A DNA stretch of 64,000 nucleotides, taken from the NCBI RefSeq assembly GCF_006345805.1, contig NC_042999.1, positions 129,580,001 through 129,644,000 of the forward strand, given 5' to 3'. Positions 14,041 to 28,060 of this stretch are shown here, piece by piece. Each line of letters opens with the position of its first letter. Position 1 is the first letter of the stretch. The notes beneath the pieces were generated by a model. It saw nothing but the letters and a program-made list of their open reading frames with translations, was not told the origin of the DNA and ran no database searches. Made by a program: the position numbers and the translations under genes. This DNA comes from Octopus sinensis (lineage: Eukaryota).

Positions 14041-14290
14041 ATCCCATGCAACTTAGATTATGCTAGTCCTGTCTAGGTTTCCAATCTCTCTACAGCAAAT
14101 CATAACAAGCTGCAAAGAGGACAAAACTGCACACAGTGTATCATCACAGTTTGCACACAGTCCATATGCACAACAAAACAAAAATACTGAAAATGAAAGA
14201 AAAACCTGGACAAACAAGAGGAATAGTTTACTATTGCAACAAGCTCTAAATTTCACAGTTATCAGACACCACCTTAACAAAACAAACACA
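12860..14290 (+). mobile_element. Degenerate I-group LINE reverse transcriptase region, probably the same element as 9200-9720
   Basis: FNKKPP, WLVNYVA, GIPQESVFSSTQF (13082), ADDISIT, LGITHNTPMTF..ANILRAHSETTFG and LDYASPV* occur in the RT order. Confidence 0.75.
13175..13690 (+). repeat. Minisatellite, 11 units of 48/45 bp with a 93-bp higher-order core
   Basis: Units translate as ADDISITTCYHTASTA and ADITTTTCYHTTGTK; all unit lengths are multiples of 3. Confidence 0.95.
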
Positions 14291-14301
14291 TACATCTATG
14301 A

Positions 14302-14614
14302 CAGTGTTTTCCAACCTATTTTCCATGAGGTCCCACTATAATTTTCCAGAAAAAAAGGTATGTCCCACTGGTGAAATATCCTTAAAGAAATATCCGCACT
14401 AGGGCATTGGAACAGTGTTATACTGCAACAAACAGTTTTCACATTGTATGCTTGGCTGGATCAATTGGTTTAACTAGGCTGAGTATAGGTGTTGTACGTT
14501 TGTTGTGGAAAAAAAGATTTTCACAATTCCATTCCCACTAATAAAAATTTTTTAAACATTTTGGCTTTCACATCCCACCACAATTTTCCCAGGCCCCTAC
14601 GTTGGGAATCACTG
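14302..14614. mobile_element. hAT (Charlie-like) MITE
   Basis: TIRs CAGTGTTTTCCAAC / GTTGGGAATCACTG; 8-bp TSD ATCTATGA / ATCTATAA. Confidence 0.7.
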
Positions 14615-16736
14615 ATCTATAACATTCTTTACTTCCATTTTCTCCAGACAAACATAAAAATTACACCATTAAAAGATCAGCATTAAATCCAAACACTGTG
14701 CTGGAATGCACAGTAGCAATGGTAAATGCATTTGGACCAAGTTCATATTTCATTTCCATCATTACCATAATAAAACCTATAACTCAATGAGAGAGAGAGA
14801 GAGGGAGAGAGACTAAGCTAATGAGGGAGCCTTTATGTGGTTACCTCACAAGAAATAGTAACTCTATGTCAGATTATACCCTATTGCTTTGAATAAGAAA
14901 GAACACATTGCACAATATGTCCTAATTTTGTTTAATGCAGACTTAACTGGGAATACATAACTATCAACTATCATTAGTCAGTCTGAGCTTATAATAATGA
15001 TTTCTAACTTTGTCACAAGGTCATCAATTTTAATGGTATTTCCTCCTCCTCCTCTTCTTCCTTTAATGTCCAATTTCCATTTGGCCTCAGCAGAATTTGA
15101 ACATTGAATTGAGTGGCTCATAACTAAATATTGCAAGGTTCAGGAAGAGATACTACAAAGTTCATAAGTCAACAATTTCTACTGACTACCGTCATCATTT
15201 ATTTATCAAAATGAATTTTTTTTGATAAAGTTCAAAGATAAAATTTGTTGGTAAAGATGTTTGGCCTATTGAATATATTCAGTATATAACTGGTACAAAT
15301 TTAATTGACTCTTGAGGGATGAAAAGTAAAATCAACTTTGACTGGACCTGCACTTAAATGAAAAAGATTGAAAGGCAGTTAACATTTCTATATTTCTATG
15401 AACTCACCAATCCCACAAACTTACATATACTGTATACTCTGCTTTGTCCCCGCACCTTTGGAATGGTATAAGGAGGTGATTTAGCTATAAAATCTTTGCC
15501 AAATCCAATATAAAATGCAACAAATTTCTTAATTAAATCAAACCAAATAAAATTTGTTATCCCTCCAACAAAAAGTATAAAGACTGTATATGTGCATACA
15601 AATTTGTGTAAACACAAAACACACACTAAAAAGAGAATCTTAAAAGAATAGAGAAATTAAGCAGAATTCAAAGACTATGAAAGACTTGAGAGGAAGACTG
15701 ATGGTAAGCTGTTACCAAGGAGTTCAGAATTATAATTACAAAATAAATCTTAATTTCTTTCTCTTATCGATTGCTCTTCTATATCTCTTTTATACTCCCT
15801 CCCTCCATATATATATATACATATAATATACAATGATACATATATATAATTACAAATACATATATACTTTTTTTTAGTATGTCTGTGTGGTTAAAAGTTT
15901 ATTGTTAGTTTGTTAGTATTTATTATTGAATTCTCTAAGCTTTCTTGCTATTGCTCAAAATTAATATCTACAAAAAGCCAATAAGAGATTATTATTTTAT
16001 AGTATTTCATGTTAAAATCCATATACAAAAATCACTATTTGAGTCATATATTCTATATTGCCATATACAGACATCCACCGCATTATGCAAGAGTTATTTT
16101 CCTGAAATCTTGCTGCAACATAGACTTCAGTAATACAAAATTTCCCATTGACTTTGTAATAAGGAAGTCAATGAGAAAATAAGTTTTGCATTATGGAATT
16201 CCACATGATGGTAAAATTTTCAACAACATAATGTTTCCATAATGCATGGAATGCTTGTGAAATATAATTGTATAAAAATAAAATCATGAATACAAAAGCA
16301 AATATTAAATGGATAATGATACATAGTTTTACTTTTAAAAGATAACTGAAACTATGAACATTTAGCAAATTATCAATGTAAAATCAGGATATTGGTTAAG
16401 AAGCCCAATGATATTCTCTTATTCTTTTGTACATTTCAGCCCTAAGGGTGTGGCCATGCTGGAGCACCACCAGTGGTATATAAGATGATGCTGGAATTAT
16501 GCTTGTTTGGGATCAATTTTGCTTTAGTTGTTTTTCAAGCAATAAAACAGTTAATGTAATTACTACCAAAAATAATTGATGAGTAATACAAAATCATAAT
16601 CAAAACAATTCTAACCAATGCTGGTTGTATATATTTAGAGCTTACAAGTAAGAGAGTGGGGAAACCTGTTCCATTATGAAACATCAATCTTGATAGAAAC
16701 TAATAATTAATAATAAAGAAAAAATTTATACATACA

Positions 16737-16770
<34 letters not shown>

Positions 16771-18345
16771 CACATATATATATATATACACACACACATA
16801 CACATATATATATATTAAGATAAATATAAGAATTAAAAAAATATTTACAAATATTTTAGTGTTCCATCACAAATATAATTTTCATGATAAGCACTTTTAA
16901 TCTATTTACTTAAACAGCACTGTTTCACACAAACAGATTATATATAATGCAGTAAATTGTTTTTAAAATACATCTAATTATATAGTACAATTTATTAATT
17001 TAAATGAAATCATAACAAAAGAAAGTTTAATAATCTAGAATTAAAAGTGATAAAGGCATTGAATTATTGAAAAGTAGAAATGTTACCAATATCTTTATAA
17101 GCATATTCTGACAGACGCATTGCTGATTAAGTAATTTGTGTGAACAGAAGAAAACTCTTAAGACTAGGCTCATCTTATTTCAATACCCTAGAATTATCAG
17201 AGCCCATGACTAAAATAGTAAGAGAATAAGAATCAAAATACTTATAGCAGTAATTTACTTTTCTTAGTACAATTACAAGTCATACCCATTACAACCAAAA
17301 TAGTAGGTGCAAGATTAATTCTGTCAGTACACATACGGATATAACATTAAACAGTCAAAACTTTAATCAGTTTTAATTAGATCCCAAGGGAGTTTTAAAA
17401 GAGTAAATATCTAAATTAATTGCATAAAACAACACAATCTCTGTAGGTGTATGAAAAAAGTATGTATAAAGAATATATTCAGGATATGCTACTAATACTT
17501 TTCAACAGTATTACTATCTACATCACATTTTCTGCATATTTACAATCTTAGTATACTATCATTTAAATGAATAGAATTTTTTAAAAAATAATGTTGGCAT
17601 TTTCTTGAAATTATTATATTCAGTATACCATTGTGAAAAATACAGAAAACTTTTGAAATTTTGTAAAAACCAGTTGCATTGATTTTAAGAGCATTTTAAG
17701 AGAATCTTGGAGAAATTTCAAGAAGATTCAGAAACAACTGCTACAGCAAAAAAATTATAGGATTATCTTCTGTGTTACTATCATAATAAAGGACATTGAT
17801 AATAAAATATGTAAGCAATATCTAACATAGATTTTATTGGGGTTTTTTTATACAATTTATCCTAATTTAAGATAGTCATCTAGAACTGAAAATAGAAAAT
17901 GTAATGCATAATTAAATAACATTTAAATATGTGAGAATGAAACATTTTTGTATATATTAAAGCTGTGCTCATATTTTCCATTTTAAATATTAAATATAAA
18001 TAAAATGTTAGATCCTACATTCCTTAAACTACCTTAACCACATTCTCTTTAAATGTCTTTAATTACCAAATGAACATCAGTTATCATTTTTTAAATTTTA
18101 TAATGGTTTACATTGAAATTAATAACATGTCAAGGAAAAAATCACAAAGAATATCCCAGAATGAAATTTCTTTAGATTTCTTCAAATATCTATTTTGTTT
18201 TTTGTTATGGCATGCATTTCTTTAAATTGAACAAACAGATAAAAAACATACATAAAATATAATTACTTTCTTTCATTGGCGCATCAGACTTTTGTGAGCC
18301 GATCTTTTACTAAAATGACGTAATGTTGTTATTTATCAAACTTAC

Positions 18346-18546
18346 CTCCAGAACATCCCGTAAGCATTAAAGCAACGAAGCAATAATTGCTTATATCATT
18401 TGTGGAGCAATAGCATTGTAATCCGAACCATCTGGGTTCAGTCATCGTTGACACCAACACAGTATTCAAAGTCACGACTGAAGATCGTAACCACTGAACA
18501 GGTGCCCGAACACAACTCTTGGAATTGCATAATTTGTTATTACAAG
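18346..18546 (-). CDS. Internal coding exon of an unidentified gene (CNNKLCNSKSCVRAPVQWLRSSVVTLNTVLVSTMTEPRWFGLQCYCSTNDISNYCFVALMLTGCSG)
   Basis: T10-caag| acceptor, GAG|GTAAG donor; 201 nt; only the phase 1-1 frame is open; non-repetitive, higher-GC sequence. Confidence 0.65.
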
Positions 18547-19037
18547 CTTGAAAAAAAAAATCATAAGGGACGTAACTCTAGCTAAATACTTAACATTGTG
18601 GTCAGTTGATATGCTGCTAATTGAAACAATTTTTTCTATGTAGTCTTCCTATAGCAACTAATTCACTCGAATCTTTTTGTTTTTCTTTTTAATATTTTTC
18701 TGTTCTTCAACGTGCTTGATAAACAGTACAAGAAAATAACCTGATTATGTTTTCAATTCAAAGCTATCTTCTAAAGTTTGGAATGTAACAAAATCAATAC
18801 ACAATTAATATGTTAAAAATGGATATAATTAGACACCTCAACCTGTTAGAAGTTTTTTCTCTAAGTCTATTGTGTCTTAATCAATTAAAAGCATTTTTTC
18901 ATTTATCAATCCCAAAGAATAAATGCATCATCAAAAAAGCAGCAACATCATATATTTACAGGCAAACTCAAATGATTTTACTGAATGTTATAAATTAGCA
19001 TTCTAAGGTTTATGACATAATCAATCATTGGTAATAG

Positions 19038-19202
19038 AAGCAGGCATGGCTGTGTGGTTTAGAAGTTCCAAAGCTATGCTTTCAGATTCAGTCCTGCTGT
19101 ATGACACCTTGAGTAAGTTTTCTTCTACTTATAACCCCAAACCGAGCAAAGCCTTGAGAGTGGATTTGGTAGAAAGAAACTGAAAAGAAGATTATAAGAT
19201 TG

Positions 19203-19238
<36 letters not shown>

Positions 19239-19470
19239 TTCTGTCTCCTTGCCTTGACATTGTGTACAAATTGTCAGTAAATATCACTGTCATACAAGCA
19301 GTATTATTTGTTTGCAATCTCTTTTGAAAACATGTCTAGACTAGGGGAAAATATTACCTCACTTTGAAACAGATGGGGATTGGCAACAGGAAGAGTATCT
19401 GGCCATAGAAAATCTGCCTCAGTGAATTCTACCTGATTCATTCAAGCTTGAAAAAGTAAGTGAAAAAGTA
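19038..19470 (+). mobile_element. SINE, family A head with an RTE-like tail, followed by a (GGT)/(GAT)/(GAC) microsatellite to about 19705
   Basis: Colinear with 10042-10465. Confidence 0.8.
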
Positions 19471-20009
19471 ATGGTGGTGGTGGTGGTGGTGGTGGTGGTG
19501 GTGGTGGTGGTGGTGGTGGTGGTGGCGGTGGTGGAGGCGGTGGAGGCAGCAGCTGTGGCATGGCGATGGCAGCGGTGACGGTGATGGTGACAGTGACGAT
19601 GACAATGATGATGATGATGATGATGATAATGGTGATGATGATGATGGTGATGATGATGATGATGACGACGACGACGACGACGAGGAAGAGGAGGATTATG
19701 ATGATGAGTGATTCTCAACCTCTTGTAGCTCAGTTTCCTCTTTACTGAATGGCATTTTACAAATGCTTCTGTCCCATATTTTGCAAAAATATAACAAAAA
19801 AAAAACAACAAAAACGGCAGATTATTTTAATTAGATAGAAACTAATTCTGTGCAGCAATTTATTATCCATATTTTCTAACACTATCCTATCCAACATGTC
19901 CCTCTTTTTTGATATCTGCATAGACTATTATAAATGTTTGTGGAATTACTAAAGAAAGCAGAGATTTACATAGTGGAATTATATTGTCCCTTGGCACATT
20001 GATCAAGCA

Positions 20010-20845
20010 GAGGAGCACTCATTGGTTAAACTAGGATTACTGAGATTACTGACCTCGATTTTGCTAATGAAGCAGTTATTCTAGTTGAATCTTTGAATGT
20101 CTTAAAGAGTGTTCCCATTTCACTAAACAAAGTGGAACCACTTGACATTAGAGTTTCTTCAGTCAAGACAAAGATCCAATCTATTGCCTGTTCCCTAGCG
20201 AACTCTATCTTGTCTGTTTCTGTTGCAGGTGGGAATGTCAAGGCTGCTGATCACTTCACTTATCTTGGCAGTGTGGCTCATAGTAACATTAGCTGTGAGT
20301 CAAAAGTCGTAAGAAGACTTGTGTGTGCAGGGGTGGTTGGTACTCTTGTTGTCTGAGCAGGAGGAAAAAGGTTCAGGTCTTCAGGTTTCTCTGGTCTTCC
20401 CTGTTTTGCTCTATAATTGTAAGATTTGGGGTCCCTTCAGAGCTGCTGGAACTCCTTTGGTATCAAGACACTTCACAGGATTATGGGCTATCACTGGTTA
20501 GATTTTGTATCCAACGAACGACTGTACTCAGAAACTGAGATGTACCCTCTTACTTGTGTAATTTGGAGTGTCATCTCAGATTTTTTTATCATTATACTTG
20601 ATTTTCTGAATTGGATTCTGTGTACTTTGTTCTCTTCTCTGAGAATCCAGCCAGAGTGACAGCTCATGTTGGTCAACCACATGCCACATAGTCATGGTGG
20701 ATGAGGAAATATCTTGCAGATATGAGGACTGACTAGAACACTGCTGGGTGTGTTGTCCGGGACAACACAAATAAATATTTACAGACGGTAAATGCAGTGA
20801 TGCACTACAATGGCACATGCTTCCACACCTGACCTGACCTGACCA
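20010..20845 (+). mobile_element. RTE-clade LINE 3' fragment
   Basis: ITDLDFANEAVI (DLDFADD-like), FTYLGSV, VLLYNC.IW, RIMGYHWLDFVSNERL; (CCTGA)n tail. Confidence 0.8.
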
Positions 20846-20884
20846 TGGCACATCATCAGTCGTCTTCCAGTTTACTGTAAAGAT

Positions 20885-21200
20885 ATATGGCTTAGTGGTT
20901 GGGGCATTCAGTTCATATTCATAAGGTTATAGGTACAATTCTCAATAGTGTATTTTGCTCTTGAGCAAGACACTTTATTTTACATTGTGCCAGTTCACCT
21001 AGCCTGCAAAAATGAGTTGCACCTGTATTTTCAAAGGGCCAACCTTGTCACATTCTGTGCCATGCTGAATCTCCCTGAGAACTACATTAAAGATATGCGT
21101 GTCTGGGGAGTGCTCAGCTACTAGCACATTAATTTCACAAGCAGGCTGTTCCATTGATTGGATCAAGTGGAACCTTTGTCATTTTAACCAACAGTGTTAG
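20885..21200 (+). mobile_element. SINE family C
   Basis: Reverse-complement homologue of 11048-11430. Confidence 0.75.
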
Positions 21201-21517
21201 TTTTTTTACAGCTCACTAATAATACTGTATCCTACTGCTACTCTAATACCAACAAGATTTCTTTTTTACCTGTTAAAAATAATTTATTCCTAAGGAAAAT
21301 CATGGCCTTTCTAAACACCCAGTAACTCCCAGGCATCTCACCACCACCACCACCCCATGAGCTCACAATGTCCCTCTCAGGGTGTGCTACCATCTATATT
21401 AAGAACCAGAAGTCTACAGGAACAAAGAAGCAAATCTGGCAAATAATACGGCTGGTTACTGAATATTTTAAGTCATTATAAATGATGGTGAAAATACAAG
21501 TATATTCAAAAGGATAG

Positions 21518-21733
21518 CGTTTAAACCAAGCCATATCAGGCCCATATATTCTACCCATTTTATGTTCAAACCCACCAGATCTGGATTCCCACATCTATCC
21601 CACAATGTCATTCTAAAAATAAGCAATCATATCAATGAAATCTTGAAATCACAAGATAATGTGTGATTAATTCAAAGCAATGTAAATAAATAATCATTAC
21701 ATTTGACAGAATAATTATAATGCTAAAAGGTTA
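21518..21733. mobile_element. piggyBac-like TTAA MITE family copy
   Basis: Homologous to 268-495; ends aatgctaaaagggtta. Confidence 0.6.
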
Positions 21734-22019
21734 GGATTTAACTTAAGCAATATAAAATTATTACACACACACAAAAAAGGTAAAAATTGCAAATGCTTTA
21801 GGTTTTGTAAAATATTTTAAGACAGGCCAAATACAGTACTCAGAGACAAATAGTACCCATGAAATCGTTATTTTCTGAAAAAAAAAAAAAAAAGAGGAAA
21901 TAATGCAAAGTCTAAAAAAATTATTTATTTAACGTTAGAATGGCAAGAGCAGCAGGCTTTAAAGAACATTTATTGAAAATGATAATTCAGTAAGACATTT
22001 TCTAGAAGGTAATCTTATA

Positions 22020-22207
22020 TCTTTTAGTTTTTACTTGTTTTAGTTATTAGACTGCAGCCATGCTGGTTCACTGTCTTGAAGTATTTTTAATCAAATGAAC
22101 TGACCTCAGCCCTTTTTTTAAAGCCTAGTACTTATTCTATCAGTCTCTTTTGCTAAACTGCTAAGTTATGGGAATATAAACACACCAACAAACCAAGCGG
22201 TGGTGAG

Positions 22208-22256
<49 letters not shown>

Positions 22257-22368
22257 ATGGGTTTCTTTCAGTTTCTGTCTATCAAATCCACTCACAAGGC
22301 TTTGGTCAGCCCAAGGCTATAGTAGATGACACTTGCCCAAGGTGCCATGGAGTGGGGCTGAACCCAGG
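22020..22368 (-). mobile_element. SINE family A
   Basis: Reverse complement of 4082-4490. Confidence 0.8.
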
Positions 22369-24190
22369 TAAGTTGAATATTTTTGTATTTTCTTCTAGAG
22401 AAAACTCAAATTGCAAAGACATATTGAAATTTATCTTTCAATTAAATGATGAAGTCATTTTCAACAAAAATCTTTATAAATTATTTTGGAAAAAAAAAAC
22501 AAAAAAAGAAACAGGATACCAGGAATTGAAAAATAAAACAATATTAAAGCAAACAACCCATATCTCAAAAAATTGAATATACTTAATATAAAGAATGCTA
22601 TTTGATATCTTAATATAAAGAATGATATTTGAAGAATTACAACAAATATCCAGACAAGAGAAGAAATGAAAAATTCTACAAATTAGTAGTAATCATAATA
22701 ACAAAAGACTTGATGATAACAACAAAATCTTCTTTGAAAACCAGTTTAGGTGCATCTAAAAAATTCTAAAGTGAAAAATTTGCTTTTTTAATATTTACTG
22801 ACTATATCATGATAAAATATCTTTTGTCTGCTTTTAATGATACTAAATTCCCATTGATTTTCTGAAAGCCACAAAAATATATCCCTCTCTTCAAATATTG
22901 CTGCTGGAACAGATAATGTAATATTATTCCATTAAATGAATATTTTTGTGATAAGAATTATTTATGCTGTAGATCAGTGGATGCAATGGAAATGTTTAAA
23001 AGGTGTAAGCTAAGTTTTCATCTGTTCAATTATTTAAATAAAAAAAGTATTCCCTTGCCAATTCTCCAAATATAACTTTATAATAAAAGTATTTCTTTCC
23101 ACCCACAAAGTTGTAAGAGAGGCAGTGGCTGACAGCTTCAAGCATATATTTAGTATATGTCCACCAACAGTGCATATCCAAACTAGACTGAAATTGCGTA
23201 TATTTAATACTGATCATGTTAAAGATTTGATAAACTTTCTCCTAAAGTCTAAAATAAAATGTAAGAAAAATTTGTATTAAGTAAGCTATATCAATTCTGA
23301 TGTTCCCTAAGCATTAATATCTGATACTGTCATAAGGCGTCAAATTAGGGTATGGGTATAGTCAATTAAACAGACCCCAATACTTCCCTAGAAGGACAAA
23401 AGGCACATTTGACTTCTGCAGGATTTGAATTCAGGAAGAAAAGGACTCACCTAAACATCAACTTTCTTTTCTCTATAATTTCACCCCTCCATTTTTCATA
23501 CTCATGTAGAAGAGATAGTCATGAAAATTTAGTTATTTTCTTGTGAAATGTTGTTACAATGATGTTGTGGGAAGTCATATAAAAATTTTATAAAGGATTT
23601 AAACATTGCTCAAATGTAATGAAAGATCTGGTAAATCAATTGGAGAAAAATGACTGACCAAGTAGTCGTTAATCTGTAGAGTTGCTGTGATGCTTTATAA
23701 CAATAACCTCTGCTGTACTACTCAATAATGCGTTTTTCCAAGAGTCCTGTATTCTCTCCTCATATCAAATCTGAATGCCAAGTGAGCTACAAATTATCTC
23801 ATTAAGCTCAAAATATCAGATGAGATTGGTCATTAAATGTGTATTAATTTTGCAAAGTTATATGCTCTATTTAATATGTGAGGAAGTGAAACTTATTTCA
23901 AAAGAAAGACTGAAACAGGCCTCCCACTACACATTAAAATCACAGCAGTGTAGTATATATTGTTAATATAAAAGCATAGTTTGCTTCATTATCCAGTTGT
24001 GCAGATTACTGTAAAATGCATGTCATTAAAGTGTATTATACTCACAAAAGAGAAAAAGAAATTGTCTGTGTATGCAATACTTACATAGATTATTTACAAA
24101 CTGATCAATATTTATATATTGATCTCAAGAATATTTGTGAATAATTAAACATTTTCAAGTGTAAGATAAATAAACTTGCTGATTTCTTAC

Positions 24191-24228
24191 CTATAGTAAC
24201 AGATTCAGTTTTGTTTGTACCCAATTTG
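24191..24228 (-). CDS. Possible 38-nt exon (KLGTNKTESVTI), phase-compatible with the 18346-18546 exon
   Basis: tttttctag| acceptor and TAG|GTAAG donor; open in phase 2 to 1; too short to be certain. Confidence 0.3.
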
Positions 24229-25336
24229 CTAGAAAAATTAATATTTCATTCACATCCAGTTCATGAGCCAGTGTTATACAAACAAAGAGTGAACTGATTT
24301 TAGAAAAGAAACTAGTTATTCAGTGGCTGGTTTCATAACCAGTTTACATCAAATGTAATTCTAATCCTTGTAAATTAGGATTAGTATGTGTATGAACAAG
24401 TTGGCAAATATTTTATGTGAGATTTAAAAACCAAACATACACATAGACAAATTAAAGTATTTAGTTATCATTATGGTATTATCTAGTCACCAGTTTCTTG
24501 CGTAACAACCTTGCTTTATGTACATAAACAATAATGCGATGGTTCAATAAATAAGATATTAGGCATGTAAAATATAGATCATTACATTGTAATTCTAACA
24601 GATTTCACTGTTGTAGTATATAACAATGATGTTCTATTTCCATAAAACATTTTTGTTGATTGCTAACTTATCCTTTTAGGGTGAATTGAGGAATCCTTAT
24701 GCATGCACAAGCACACAAACATGCCTATATATTATCTACATGTGTTTGTGTGTGACTCCTATATCTCCCACCATGTGCATCCCCATCCTTGTTTATCAAT
24801 CACTACATTAACTTTTACCTCCACCTCTTTACTCCCCATCACGCTCCTACAAAAGCATCCATATACCCTCTCACCCCCTCTCATGACCCACTGTCTGTAT
24901 ACTCTCTAATGTTCACCTTCTTGCTCCTTGAAAGTTTACTCTAGAACCCAGTCACTAACTTCTGTTTATCTCCTTCAGTTATTGATCTCTTCTATCATAT
25001 TTTAGCTTTTCAATACCTGGCATAAAAGCCCCCACAACCCCACCTTCCCCTCCCAAATACTTCCTTTTATTAGTGAGATCTTTTACCGTTTCCTTTTCCT
25101 CTGCTCTTATCTGCCTTGTAAGTTACATGGCAACCTCACTAGTGCCAATGACATGAAAGACAAGCACCTAGTATACTCTGTAAAGTGGTTGCTGTCAGGA
25201 AGGGCATCAAACCATAGAAACCATCCATGCCAAAGACAATGCTGGAGCTCAACACAACCCTGCAGCTCACTGGTTCTCTGTTAAACCATCCAAACCATGC
25301 AAGCATGGAAAAGGGAAGGATAAAATGATCATTATA

Positions 25337-26218
25337 TGAAGCGATATCAAAAAGTTCCCAGACTAGTTCTGTAGCACGCCAACAGATGGCAGCACATGGT
25401 TGCATGCACAGTGAGTGCTAGTAGTGTCCTTAATAAGGCAGTGTACTGAGTGACACCATGGTGTTTACTTTGCAAATTGTGAAATTTGTGTTTTTGTGAT
25501 GTTGTGTATGCTGTGGTCTGTGATTTTGTCATAGACAGGAACAAAGAGCCAACTTGGGAAGTCTGCTACAGAGACATTGAGCTTGCTTCAACAAGCTTCT
25601 AACAATGAGGCACTGAGTTGTACGCAATGTTTTGAGTGGCTTGAGTGCTTTAAAAGTGGGAGAATGTCCCTGAAAGACCATGAGCAATCGGGAAGAACTG
25701 CCATGAGCATCACTCCCAAAAATGTGGTATTGTGCCTTGAGAATTTGTCGCCCAAGACTTGGCTAACAATAAAGAATTCTACTGTGTTGTTTTGAAGTGT
25801 TTGCAGGAGGACATTCAGCAAAAGGGACCATATTTGTGGAGTGCAAAGAATTGGATTCTTCACCGAGCTCTCCTCACTTATGAGTTTCTATCAAAAAACA
25901 ACATGGTATCACTTCTGCACCCACTCTATTTGCCAGATTTAGCACCAGCAGACTTCCATCTCTTCCTCAAAATGAAAATGCAGCTCAAAGATTGCCGTTT
26001 TAATGCTGTTGTCAAGATCCAGAGTGAATCACATAAAGTCTTCAACTCGCTTACAGAAAACAACTTCCAGGCTGGATTCCAAAAGTGGCAGGAATACTGG
26101 GACCGGTGTATTTCTGTGAAGGAGTATTTCTGTACAAAGGAAATGATGTTAAAACTTAGCTAAATAAGTTGTTTTTTATTAAAAATAACTAGTCTGGGAA
26201 CCTTTTGATACCATCTCG
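25337..26218 (+). mobile_element. Tc1/mariner element, internally deleted
   Basis: TIRs gatatcaaaaagttcccagactagt / actagtctgggaaccttttgatacc with TA flanks; HPLYLPDLAPADFHLF (YSPDLAP-like) motif. Confidence 0.9.
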
Positions 26219-26527
26219 TATATATATATATATACATATCAACAGCATCAACATTTTAATATCAACTTTTCTATATGCTTGGGTGAGATAGAGTTTAGTG
26301 AGGAAGATTTTCTATACCTACATGCCCTTCCTGTTGCACTCTTCACCTGTTTCTAAGCAAGGTACTACTTTCCCATGATGAGACATGTTTTTGCAGAATA
26401 CTGGAAATGAATGACATTGGTTGTATGATAGTAAAACTCATTTACAACTGTCATGTGATGTCAACACAAGGAGACACAAACACACACATATATACTACAT
26501 ACACACATACATACATATATATATATA

Positions 26528-27390
26528 TTGGGCTGGCAACTAAATTTCCACTGTTGTTTTTTTATTTAAATTTTTTAAAAGGTTTAATAAATAATAACAA
26601 CTAATTAATCAATAATGTATTCACTCTTGTAGTTTGCAACTTCTTTCCAACATTCAACAAGATTTTCAATACGTCATTGGTAGAAATCACCCGATTTCGA
26701 CTCGAAAAATTGATCCAACCAAGCTCTCAATTCTGCATCATTATTGAATGAAACTCCGTGCATAGCATTTGAAAGAGATCGAAAGAGGTGGAAATCCATT
26801 GGCGCCAAATCAGGAGAGTACAGCAGGTCTGGTAGCACTGCCCATCCATGTATTTAAATGGCTTCCTTGGTCATATTGGCGAGATGAGGGCAGCTGTTGT
26901 CATGCAGCAGAAGAACTCCATGCTGCCGATTATGTCATTCCTCTTGAATAGCTGTGTTGAGTCGTTCCATCTGTTGAACATAGAGTTCCACATTGACTGT
27001 TTGGTTCCATTCAAGCACTTCGTAATGGATAATCCCTTCCTAGTCCTACCATATGCACAACATCGTTTTACACAGATGAAGATCTTGTTTCACGCTCATT
27101 ATCACTTGTTTACTGGGGCTTAGCCATTCCTCACACTGCTTCATATTGATGTACAGGCACCATTTTTCGTTGCCAGTAATGATTCGGTAAAGAAATTGGT
27201 AAAGAAATGTGTCCATGAGTTGAGTGGTGATGAGCAAGCAAACCAGCGGAGATTGTGGCTCATTGATTTTTGTTGTTGTCACTTAAAACATGTGAAACCC
27301 ATGCTCCATACTTCTGAACCTTTCCCACCAAGTGAAGATGCTTCTCTATAGCAGTGTGGGAGCATTCCATTTTCTCTGCCAGTTCCTTTC
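26528..27390 (-). mobile_element. mariner element of a second family, truncated
   Basis: TA|ttgggctggcaactaa TIR; IITGNEKWCLYIN..W..KQDLHLCKTMLCIW; degenerate YSPDLAP region. Confidence 0.85.
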
Positions 27391-27826
27391 TTCTTCTCAG
27401 CTACTCCCACTCACCCTTATATAATGTGAAGTAACCATATATCTTCACTATAACAAGACACCCAAATCTTATCACTTCTATCATGCTTCAACCCCACAAC
27501 ACCTAATATAATGTTACTTCTCCTCCCTCTTAAGTACTCCCCACTTCATTTAGCTGATGGGGTGGGGTGGGGGGCTTTTTCCTTTTCTTGTTCTTCTGCT
27601 GTCTTGCAAGTAACTTGGTGACCTCACAAGTGTTGGCTGTACGAAATAAAGCAACCAGTATGCACTGTAATGGGGTTGGTGTTAGGAAGGGTATCGAACC
27701 ATAGAAATCAAATGAACTGGAGCCCAATGTAGCTTTGCAGTTTACTGGATCCTGTCAGACCATCCAGCCATTGCTAGCATGCATATTAATTGATAAAAAT
27801 GATGATGATAATGATGACGATAATGA

Positions 27827-27865
<39 letters not shown>

Positions 27866-27867
<2 letters not shown>

Positions 27868-28060
27868 TAATCCAAACAAGAAAGCACAAAAAAACACAAC
27901 AACGCGAGGACGTGGAACAAATATGGTATTATTGGATGCTCAGGAAAGAAGGAAAGAAGGAAAGAAGGAGGGTTTAAAGTTTCGAGCGGAGCTCTTCGTC
28001 GGAAACATAGGAGAAGGAAAGATCCAGAGAAGGTAAGACAGAGGAAAAAAAATCGCCAAT
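27866..28060 (-). mobile_element. Penelope-like terminal repeat fragment with a hammerhead-like core
   Basis: Abuts a (TA)n tract; minus strand reads GTTT-CCGACGA-AGAGCtccGCTC-GAAACTTT-AAAC at 27972-28006. Confidence 0.5.

Noticed and set aside
18347-18380. FVALMLTGCSG resembling a bacterial lipoprotein lipobox
   Set aside because: Internal position in a spliced eukaryotic exon; coincidence
19419-19811. Poly-His/Thr/Met ORFs
   Set aside because: Trinucleotide microsatellite grown from a SINE (GAT)n tail
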